From: Blasia pusilla
Taxonomy: Eukaryota
Length of the DNA: 64,000 nt
Direction: 5' to 3'
NCBI GenBank assembly: GCA_050084515.1
Contig: CM114271.1
Coordinates: forward strand, 49,414,001 to 49,478,000
This document shows, piece by piece, positions 39,819-50,499 of the stretch. A model generated the notes under the pieces. The model ran no database searches. It had not been told where the DNA came from and saw only the letters and a list, made by a program, of their open reading frames with translations. The position numbers and the translations under genes were made by a program. The stretch's first letter is position 1, and each line of letters opens with the position of its first letter.

Positions 39819-41312
39819 GGACAGAAATCGCTCAATTCCGGTTTCTCATTTCGCGATCTTCATTCCTCACTCTCCCGCGCAGCAGCTGATCAGATACGAA
39901 GGGGCATTTCACACGGCGACACATCGCGAGTCGATAGGAGGGAATGAGAGCGAGACCGTTCGACTGAACGACAGCGAGACGGTTCGACTGAGCGATCGCG
40001 GGACGATTGGAGCTACCCATCAAGGCGATTCGAGATCCCATCTTGACATCAGCAAGGCGATTGATCAAGGGATTCGTTGTGGACATACGTGGAGGCATTT
40101 CCGGAAAAAATGACGAGGAAAAAATCACAAGCCAACAAGTCTGGGAGCTTCACTCCGAAGTCCATTAGGACTCCTGTGTCAGCTTCTCCTGGGCCTCGTT
40201 TGGCAAATGAAATTAGGCAGCAGGAAATCAAGGAGCGGGAAAGGGAAGCAGAGATGCACAACCAAGTGCTTCTTGCGAGACGTGTTCAAGAGGCGCTAGA
40301 TAAACAGAACGCAGAGGCTGAGACGTCGCAGGCCTTGACGAAAAGGATCGCCGATGAAAAGAGAGAAAAGAAGCATCTGGACGCGTCGGTGAGGAGGGAA
40401 GAATTGGCTAAAGTGAGGAGGGAAAAAGCGATAGCCATTGACGATAGCCTAGTCCGTCCAACCGCAAGTGTTGAGATGCGGGAAATGTCCCCCACGAAGT
40501 CCGGGGACACAATCAACATAGTGGAAACGCCAAAAGTTGAAATCGATGACGACGAGGTCATGAGGACCGCCAGCGTGGAGATGGTGGACATGGCCGAAGA
40601 AGCCGGAGAGCGGTCATTCTCGACTCCAAGCCCGGCGGAGGACATCGACCTCTATCAGATCGACGAGTTCCTAGTCGATTTGCCAGCTTCTGTCTCAGAC
40701 AAGTTAGCTGGTCAAGAAACCGACCCCATTTTCGAGCGGGTAAGAGAGGATCTGGGTTTTTTGAATTATGTGAATTGCAATTCATTGGGAATTCAGTGTA
40801 GCTTATTCATCTTGTCCGGTTCGACGGTGGTAAAGCGGATGGCACTCATAGAGGGCCACAACGCCCGAGGATTCCACTCGATTGCGGACAATGGAATACG
40901 TCCGCGAAACTCGATCCGAGCGAGGACATCGCGAAGCTTAAACAATCGCGGCAACAACATCCTCGTCGTGACTTTCCTCCCTTCTATGTTCAACCTTACG
41001 ACGAGCATGGAACCCAAGCTCTAGTTCTGAGGAGGACTTGGAAAAGCTCGACACATTCGGAGGATGCGAGACCAGGATTTCAGAAGGCAAGTTGAGGGCA
41101 TGGAATTCATTTGGATGAGGAATCTGCATTTCTTCATCCGGGATGGAAATCACGGAGTTCATGGCGTGGACCAAGTTTGCGGAGGAGCGGCCCAACTCAT
41201 TGGAGGCACATTTCTGCGTGAAGGCAGTGGTCCTTCACCCATTCCCTCATCACATGGTGATAGTGGAGATGGCAATGCATGCCATGAACACGTGAGTATC
41301 TTTAACACTTAC

Positions 41313-41930
41313 GCAACTCGTCGGACTCCGACGAGTTGCTCGATTGATGAATGGGTTAGGTTTGTTTTTGCCGAAAGCAACTCGTCGGACTCCGACGGGT
41401 TGCTCGACTGCATGCTTTTTCGGATGTTTTTTTAAGAATGCAACTCGTCGGACTCCGACGAGTTGTTTGATTGACCATAGATTTAACTAGTTTTTGGCCC
41501 AAAGCAAACCGTCGGAGTCCGACGGGTTGCTCGACAGGCCGCCTTGTCAGGATGTTTTTTGAAGAATGCAACTCGTCGGACTCCGACGACTCCGACGGGT
41601 TGATTTCAGCCAAAAACAGTTTCGAGGCAAGCAACCCGCCGGACTCCGACGGGTTGCTTTGGGGAAAAGACCTTCTAAACGTGCAGTCACTCGAACAACT
41701 CGTCGGAGTCCGACGAGTTGCATTCTTCAAAAAACATCCTGACAAGGCGGCCTGTCGAGCAACCCGTTAGACTCCGACGGTTTTCTTACCATGCATTAGC
41801 GAATCTGAATGCAATCCGTCAGACTCCGACGGGTTGCATCATTTAGCTCGTTGCTAGAATCCGACCTTGAGCTGTGACGACCCGTCGGACTCCGACGGGT
41901 TGCAGGAACCCATGTAATTTCCTGACGGGT
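41313..41930. repeat. Palindrome array 3 (intron 1 of ParB-MTase), 63-64-bp period
   Basis: 27-bp units start at 41313, 41377, 41440, 41504, 41568, 41631, 41695, 41759, 41811 and 41877. Spacers are mostly 36-37 bp. Confidence 0.95.
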
Positions 41931-44060
41931 TGAGTTTGGATGTGCAGGATTGTATCGGAGGGGAATGTCACCCACCACTGGATCCAAGACTGCGATCGGG
42001 TGAGGAAGGTGCTACGACGCACCGGGAGAGTCTGAGGGGTTCTTGGGCGATGCCCTTGTCAATCAGATGCTTGCAAAGGGTGGTCAGATTAAAAAGAAAA
42101 CTTGGGCAAATAAGTTTATTTCCCAAGATGCAGCCATAACCATCCTTTGCTGGTCGAAGATACAGGCCGCGAAGAAAAGCGCTGCACTGGAGCTGGAGCG
42201 GAGGGAGAAGGTATCTGCGTCTAAGCGCGCCAAATTCATCAAGCTGCAGATGTCTGCGAACGAAAATACACGGGCGAGCAAGATGCAGCGATACATCAGC
42301 ATTCTCAACCCCAAACTTGGTCCGGAGTTCTACAAGGAGCTGAAGGCGATTATCAAGCGCCAACGGAAAAGGGATGAAGATCCGCATGGTCGGATTGGGG
42401 AGAAAGTGTCCCTGGATCGCGTGCATCGGTTTGCGTTGTTCGGGATAAGCGAGTTTAGGAGGATATGACTGATGAAAATCAGTCTCGAGGGCTCAGAGGC
42501 CCAGAAGAGGGCGGCACACCATCCTCCGGGTGTGTCCGATCCAGTGATCTCACACTGGCTACGCGAATGGTCGTTCTGGGACGCGTTGCGGGTAATCGGG
42601 AAGTCCGTGCTGGACGGTCTGCAAGCGGAGCTCAGAAGATTAGAGCCCATCCCGCCGGAAGCAAACCTTGAAAGTTCTGGAGATTTCGAGGTTTGGCTCG
42701 ACGACATCCGGGACAAGCCAACCAAAAACCGAGGATTCAAGACCATGTTCAAGGTTTGCGTCCTCCCTCAGGCAGAGATTGACGAAGAAGTAGAGGGGAA
42801 CAAACGGGATCAAGCGAAGAAGAAGCGACATCTAGAGGAGCAGACGGACGATTCTGTTTGACTAAAAGCTGCCCAACGGATGGTCTTCAAGTACTTCGTC
42901 CAGTGTAAGAATGCAGGTACGTGGGGAAAATTACCGGTAGCCTTGAAATTGTGGGCCGCGCCGGATGCAGAGACATTCTCCATGTACGACATGGAGATGG
43001 GGCAAAGCACATGTCCGATTGGGAGGTGGAGAATTGCCCCATTTGGCTCGACTTCAACGACCCTGAAGACATCATCGATAAGGATTTACGAGTGCTTCAT
43101 GATGCAATGGCCTCAGGACAAGACGATATCCCCAATTTCGTCCAGCCTGAAGACTTCTTTGGAGGAGATGCAGAAGAGCAGGCCCACGAGACAACTGAGT
43201 TGGCTTCCAAGGTCCGCACAGCCAAAGACAAATCCACAGCGGGTCTCAAAGGCAAGGCGAGGGGAGGGAAAAATTCAGAGGTCGAGTCTTCCCAAAGAGA
43301 GGCTGAAGATTCAAGGCAGAGGCAGAATCGTCCGAACAAGCGGGGAGAGAGGGTCGGACCAAGTCCTCGGCGAAAAAAATGCCACCAGAGTCTGAGGTCA
43401 TAGAAACCCCGACAAGCCGTCCCCAGGCTAGGGAGAAGCGGAAGCGAGAGGTGCCCGGGTTGTCCCAAGGAGAATACAGTCCATCATCCTTGGGAAGACA
43501 CAGACAAACAATGACCCGGACAAGCGTCCTCCTTCAGTTCACTCCTTTATTGGATGAGCTGAAGAGCTTCAGTTCTCAAGCGTCGACACCAGCCATCAAA
43601 AAATTGACAACGCTGGGACGGAAGCTCCAACAAAACGGGCACGCTGCCTGGACGGTGAATGGAATGGTCGAAGAGGTTGCGGTGGATCTCTTGATCGCCG
43701 ATCTGCCCTCGGGGTTGCGACTTTGGGGCGAGAATCCGTCGGACGAGGTACTTGAGAGGAATGTGCCGCTCTCTTATGACCAGATTGCGCTTTTGTTCTC
43801 CTTTGCAGACGCCTATCTGAGTAACATGGGCTGCTTCTTGGTGTTGATTGGAGGGAGCGAGGACGAGCTCTTCAACCTCCAGTGCGTCAAGAGGTTGCTA
43901 AAGTGGAGGACGGCGCAATCGTGGATCATTAAAAACGAGTACCCACTCCGATCCGCGACGAGTCAGATTTGGGTAAGGCTCAATTCCTGTACTATAATTT
44001 CAATTATATTTTAAAGATGTGTATAATGAGAGTCAATCTGGGTTTTTTTTTTGTCCGTGA

Positions 44061-44390
44061 GCAACCCGTCGGGTTCCAACGGGTTGCATCTTTCCCACAT
44101 ACACAGGGAAAACCGCAGTGTACCTGCAACCCGTCAGAACCCGACGGGTTGTAGTTGCTTTTGGTTTTTCCCAGTTGATTTTGGTTTTTGGATGCAACCC
44201 GTCTGATAGCGACGGGTTGCTCTCAGCCGACCATGGGCTGCTCTAGGCCAGCAACCCATCGCCTTCCGACGGGTTGCTCACGGACAAAAACAACGGAGCC
44301 CGACGGGTTGTTTTTGTCCCTGACCAACCCGTCGGAAGGCGACGGGTTGGTTCGGGACAAAACAACCCGTCGGACTCCGACAGGTTGATC
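44061..44390. repeat. Palindrome array 4 (intron 2 of ParB-MTase)
   Basis: Units at 44061, 44126, 44194, 44251, 44324 and 44362, plus a partial copy near 44290. Confidence 0.9.
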
Positions 44391-45239
44391 CAAAGTCAGT
44401 TATTGAAAATGTTCTCAAGCCGACTTCTTTAGTTGCCGACATTGTTTCCAACGTGCTGATTTACAGATGGACCACTCCTACGTCTACTGCTTTGTTCGGC
44501 CCGAGCACAATTTCCAGGTGTTCAAGATCCAGGATCCTGTGGATCCATGCTCAGATGGGTACAACTTAGATAGTTTGTACAATTCCCCCCCGGGAATTTA
44601 CATGCAAGACAGTACCCCACTTCTGGGAGGAAGGGAAAAGTCGCCGACCACGATGCAAACGCTCATCGAGCTCTGCTCAAGGCCGGGTGACTTGGTGTTC
44701 GACTTAGTGGGACTTTCAGGGGCAAGTATCAAAGGCGCCTGGCAGAGTGGCAGGAATTGTTTGACCTTTGCAAGGAGGCAAAGGCAGAATACGAAAGGCT
44801 CGTTGGGGCGTACAACGGCCTTGAGCAGAGCTCATAGAGCTCTGCTCAAGGCCGGGTGACTTGGTGTTCGACTTAGTGGGACTTTCAGGGGCAAGTATCA
44901 AAGGCGCCTGGCAGAGTGGCAGGAACATTCTCTGCCTCGAGGGAAGGCAGGAACTGTTTGACCTTTGCAAGGAGGCAAAGGCAGAATACGAAAGGCTCGT
45001 TGGGGCGTACAACTCTCCACCGAAGCCGACAGGTCCGGTTCTAGACCCACCATTGGTTGTGACTCCATCGTCACTTCCAACGATTCCAAAAATTGGGAGG
45101 GCAAGGTCGAAAGTAATTTTGCAAGAGCTCTCAGACGATGACGAGTGAGTTCAAAGAACTCAACGACCCAGCTTGACTGCAGCGTTTGGAGTAGGGAGTT
45201 TTTTGATAATGAGGCAAAAGATTTCATAGAATAGATCAA

Positions 45240-46490
45240 ATGTACAGTTCCGAGCTTTTTTCGGATGATATAAAGGAGAAGATTTTTTCGAACGATGGTG
45301 GTGCTTGTAAAAGTTTGCTGAACATTTTTTATGGCATTCCGAATGTGATCGTCTATGTACTCCGCGGACTTCAATTTTGCAACCCGTCGGATTTCTCTTG
45401 CTTGCAACTTTTAACTTTTTGACCACAGCAATCTGGTGTCCAACGGATGGTCTTCAGGTACCTCGTCCAGTGTAAGAATGCAGGTACGTGGGGAAAATTA
45501 TTGGTAGCCTTGAAATTGTGGGCTTCGCCGCCGGATGCAGAGACATTCTCCATGTACGACATGGAGATGGGGCAGCACATGTCCGATTGGGAGGTGGAGA
45601 ATTGCCCCATTTGCATATCAGGCAACCTGTCGGATTCCGACAGGTTGCCTGATCAGACTCTTTCCCTGTTGGTCCAACTTAAGAGTCAGTCTGACGGGAT
45701 TCTTCCCTTGGCACCTTCCCCTCAACTCGTAAAGGCAGGCGAGGCTTCTTTTCTTCTCTCAGACGTGTTGGATTCCTACTACCTGTGCGATTGCCATCAT
45801 GGTATTACCAAGGACGGAGCACATATTGATACTTGATGGGTGTCACATTGCAGAGCATACAAGGTATACTGCCGAGGAAGGCGGTGGGACTCAAATCAGG
45901 TTACATGGGACCGTTATGGCGTACCTAGGGGGGGGCCAAGGCTCTCGAATTCGCCAACATTTTCGATCCCCGTCTACAATCGGCCAGAGAAGCCACTTGT
46001 ATCCCAGGACATTCCTTTTGTACTGTCACCGAGGAGAGTTAGGAGTAAATTGGTAGATGACGAGGCTGAAGAAATCATAGACTAGGTCAATTATACATTT
46101 CCGAGGTTCCTTCGGAGGTAATAAAGGACGAGATTTTTTCAACCCATAATGGTGTTTGTAAAAGTTTGCTGAAATATTTTGTTGGACTTGTGGATTGTGT
46201 TCTTTTAGCTACTCAGAATTACAATTTTGCAACCCGTATGATTCCGACGGGTTGCAACTTTTTGCTTTTTGCCCACTGCAACTTTTTTACCACTTCCAGG
46301 CAAGTTGTCGGGTTCTGACAGGTTGACTGCTTGAGTGATCGGACTCTTTCCCCGTGAGACCAACTTCTGACGCATTGTGGCGGGCTTCTTAACGTTTGGC
46401 TCGTTCCCCTACATTCGTCAAACCAATTGTAGGCTTCTTTTCTTGTCTAAGATGTGCAGGATTCCTACTACCTGTCGGATTGCCATTTTG
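45240..46490 (+). repeat. Diverged ~0.85-kb-period duplication in the 3' region of the element, with palindrome copies and an inserted copy of 42872-43045
   Basis: 45270-45430 resembles 46120-46280 and 45620-45797 resembles 46298-46486. 45440-45613 is near-identical to 42872-43045. Confidence 0.75.
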
Positions 46491-49400
46491 GATTCCCAAC
46501 CCGTTAGATCGTCGTGGGTGCAGGGTGGAAGAAAATCACTTCTAAAAATCTTCCCTTTCTTATGGTGAGCTTTCTTACGGGTTGGGAGGGGTGCAACTTC
46601 TCGGTTTCTCAGGCTTAGGATCTGAATGAAGAGACATCAGTTCCTCTTTACTCCAAACAACTAACAATCTTTTGGTTCAATTATCCTCTCATGTGTTCAG
46701 AAAGTTGGTTATGGGGCAATTCAGGGGAGGCCATGCTGCAGGCAACAATCCTGCAAAAAGAGAGGTTGGCATCCGGGTGATCCTCAAACAAAACTACCCA
46801 TGGGCACTGCTTATTGTAGACCGAGATAGGCAATGTTAAGAAACTTAGGCTCACATGGAGAGTGATGGAAAAATGTTTGTAGTGGTCTTATGATGTCTAC
46901 TTTTTTTTCGCCCCCAAGAAAAAGGAGGTTTTTTTAGGGCCAAATGTGGACCACTACCTACTCTCTTCTAAAGATTTCCTGAATTTGAAAGCAAACAAAA
47001 ATTTCAAATATGTCAAAAAGTTTTGAAGAGAGGAGGCGGATTTGGCCCTTTTTTTTTAAGAGAGACTCTCCTCTCTTCCTCTCTTCCTCTCCTCTCTTAC
47101 TCTCTCCTGCCAGAATACCAGCCCCCGCTTGTGAGGAGTCCGGAAGAGTCTTGGTAAGTTAGAGTGGTTGAGCGTGTGAGGCAAAGTTGCCATCACAAAA
47201 TTTTCCTAAGGTTTGAAAGAATAAGATGGTTCAAGTAGTGGTAGTGGTATCACGAGTGGGAGAAAGGTATAAAGGGGTTTTGAGTGAGAAACCATCCCGA
47301 ATTTCATCTATGGTTGTGTGATGCATACCTTTGCAGAACTTTAGAAAAAATTGGGAATTTCATATGAGGAATAGGTCATTTTTTTACATTTTGACATGGT
47401 AGAAGTATAGAGGACGAGGAATTGGAAAGCAAGGAGTAGTAGCTATATGGAATGGTTTCCAAGGATAGGATGAAGAAGTTGAAGAAGATGGGGACTCATC
47501 CTAGAGGAATGAAGAAATATAGAAAGAACACACTTCAAAGAGGCAAGGAAAAAAAGAATACAAAGACGAAGATTTAAGATGTGTTCAACATAAGTCCTTT
47601 TCCAAAAGAAGATTTAAATTGTGAAGACTCTATACAATTGATGAAGAAAGTATGAAATATCAGAACAAAGAACTTAAATGAAGATTCAAGAAGTTCTTAA
47701 AGGAATAATACTATATGTGCTTACAAAGAAGAACAAAGATCTTTTGTCTTTGTAACGTAGACTTTTAGAATACGAAAAAGAGGTACTGAAAAGACATTCT
47801 TCGCGAAGACTAAAGATCTTTGTTATTAACGAAGACTTCAAGAAGCTCAAAGATTGTTTTAGATAGGGAAGAGGTAGCTAGGAAAGAAAAGACAGAAGGG
47901 TTGCGAAAGAAGATCAAAAGGTGTACAATGTTCAGAAAGAATAGAACAGTTAAACCAATATATTCAATAAGATTACCAGAAGATCAAGATAGACCATTGA
48001 TTAGATGGTTTGCAAGGTTCAAGAAACCTCTTGGTAAGAAGATTCATTTTATCTCTCAAGAGAGGATCTTATGGAAAATAGTATGTAAGAAGACTCAAAG
48101 AAGGAAAAAACATCATCCGAGTAAGAGTATAGTTATGCTGCGAAAATGATCCGAGTTGAGGAGAAAGTAGCCTATGAAGCTTATACACCAATAGAGCCAT
48201 TGTGTCTTTAATGAAATAGAGAGTATTCCATTTTTGCATTATGAAGTGCGGAAATATCTCTTTTATATTCTATTGGGTCTGTAGAATGTGAGAAATGTAC
48301 AAAGAGGAATTCTTGAGAAGAGGGAATGTGCAATGTGTATGATGTATGAGATCTGTTAGATAGAGAGTAATATGCCAAGACAGATTGAAATTCGATAATA
48401 GGGAGATCCGTCTACGCATTATGATCTCTTTCAGGTTCCCTCTTGTGAATGAGGAGTCCAATTTTTGAGGATATAATTCTATTTTCACTTGAGAAGATAT
48501 TTTTCTGTGGAATTCGATATGCTTCTTTATGAGAGGATGAGTCAGCAAACAGGAATTATCTAAAGAGTCAACAGAGACCTGCGAGATTAACTAAAATTTA
48601 ATTTCTGGGGAAAATCTATCTTTTCAGAGATAGGAGTGATCCTTTGGTGGAACGAACTATCTATGTAATTATAAAACACTAAATTTGGCAATTATTGATA
48701 CATTACAAGTTGGATCATTATTATTGGACATCAATTCTAGTTACGACATCACATACAAAGACAATGAGATTTGGAGAGAGATGACCAACATGAGCCATAC
48801 GAGCATGTGTCGTTTCTTGAGTGCAATAGGGATCATTGACTTAGATAATTTCATGTAGGATTTTGATATGTGGCGTGATTTCCAAGAGATACGTACCCAT
48901 ACGCAATTCAACTCTTTCATCACATTGAAGGGTTTTTTCCATCATTTAGAGAGACCTCCAATGGATGATTATTGTGAGTTTTGATCATTACTTGGTGTAC
49001 ATATCAATGCCTTAAGAGTATATTAGGCTCCAGGATATGTGTCCACTAGTGGTCATGAGGCATATGATGGGATAGTGATAGCAATTACGCCCATATCATC
49101 AATCCAAGGACTAGATGAAGATGATAGGAGTGACGGCGGTGAAGCTACATAGACCTTAGATAATCGAGCGCACCTAATTTTAGTTCTACACTAGAGTTCT
49201 TTCAAGATTTGGGGAGAAGCTACCAAGACATGGGTACCAACAAGCTGAAGAATCTATATGAGTTTCAGTTGAGATTGGGTGAGAATCTATGGGAGGCATT
49301 CATACACATACAAAAATTGATCATTGCTATTCATAGAGTGATTGACGCACATGCATTTTAGTATTGGTACAAGGTTTAGGATTGAGAGTGGCAAATGAGA

Positions 49401-50499
49401 ATTTGGATGCGATATTGCTTCACATGGCAAAGCCCACGTTGAGGGGGATCTTTGAGTCGTGTGAATGGATTGAGCTAAATATGAGATGACCACAAGATTC
49501 TTGCAAGAGTCAACAAATCCACAAGTATCGAGTAGAGAACTTTTTTCGTGAAAATGACGTAACCAATGATAGACTTGGAGCTCAGAGTCGCTCCAACCTC
49601 TATGTTGTATCAAAATACTATGGAGAATTACACAGGTATGAGTAGTGGAGCTCAAATAGAGGCTTATGTTGTGGTGACTTGGAATGCTATGAGAGTGGCA
49701 AAGCCATAGAGAGGTACAATTAACATTGAGATAGACCCACATGAGGGGATTGAAGATCAACACGCCAAGGTTCCACAATCTTTTATGTTAAGCAAAGGAA
49801 TTTTATACACCATTGATGGTGCTTAGAAACCTTCGGTGCCTATAGGTGGGATGGGTACACCGACATCGTGAGGAGTTAGAGAGGAAAAATCTACACTACT
49901 TGAGATGGGGCCAATATCAAGCAATTTATTGGACATGGCTACTAGGATGAACCAATCTCTATTTTTTTCTGCCATGGATTTGGAGACGGTAGGAGTTGGA
50001 CTAGCAGAGATGTTTCGATTGGCCACGACGCTTTATGAGCGTAGAGAGGTTATGGCCTCTTATTTGGAGGTAGTTGTTGAGAAGATGGTGGAGCTAACCT
50101 CAAAGTAGATGCTTGCAAGGTGGCATGTGGACAAAGCCTATGTCTACAGACGTGTCCATGTCTGTGGACTTATGGCCATCCTATGGAAGGACTTGCCCAT
50201 GTGGGCCCTACATTCCCCTTCTCCCTCATTCCCCCCATTTGCCTCAATGTTCCACACATTCCCGTTTCTTCCTCCTCCTACCTTCATTCCTTTCCCCCCC
50301 TTATTGCCCCATCCGCCTCTATCCTACCTTCCTCCATGAGCTATAAGTATGGGCCCCACCTCTTCCAATCCATATCCATGGATATGCCTAGACTTGTCCA
50401 TCCATATCATCTTAGGAATGGAATTTTTTGTTTTTGTGCAACCATGGATGTTTAAGATGTCACCTACTAAGTCATGCATGGTGGGCTACGATGGCCAAG

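Larger units (their letters stand above)
40110..45148 (+). pseudogene. Coiled-coil + ParB/Srx-like domain + beta-class N4-cytosine/N6-adenine DNA methyltransferase-like fusion gene (3 exons, frameshifted)
   Basis: Exons 40110-41291, 41948-43972 and 44467-45148, with phase-consistent GT-AG introns. ParB-like: GIRPR/LDPSEDIAKLKQS..FPPFYVQP...FFIRDGNH..AW...AMN. MTase motifs in beta order: IV VDLLIADLPSG (43682-43714), VI YLSNMGCFLVLI, VII SWII, VIII DHSYVYCFVR, X REKSPTTMQTLIELCS, I PGDLVFDLVGLSGAS, II GRNILCLE. Confidence 0.8.
34459..47126. mobile_element. Mutator-like (MULE) DNA transposon, ~12.7 kb, carrying transposase and ParB-methyltransferase-like cargo gene
   Basis: Flanking direct repeat GCTTGTGAGGAG at 34448-34459 and 47127-47138 (TSD of 11-12 bp). 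Imperfect TIRs of GTAAGA(GA)GGAGAGGAAGAGAGGAAGAGAGG...AGGG(T/C)CAAA. Sharp GC/CpG increase inside and a MULE transposase. Confidence 0.85.

Noticed and set aside
40793-41017. Minus-strand ORF (RIPLSAIEWNP...) suggesting an inverted ParB N-terminus
   Set aside because: Plus-strand frames already give a coherent ParB-like sequence leading into DGNH, so no inversion is needed.
41313-41903. True CRISPR array
   Set aside because: Spacers fall into two homologous alternating types and one is an inverted copy of another. There are no cas genes, and the arrays lie in spliceosomal introns of a eukaryotic transposon.
34459-47126. Bacterial/phage contamination or recent HGT block
   Set aside because: Both genes have GT-AG introns, the transposase is eukaryotic MULE-type, and the block has a TSD within plant-like repeats.
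47400-49800. LTR/gag-like remnant
   Set aside because: Purine-rich and probably retroelement-derived, but no LTR pair, PBS or protein motif could be supported.
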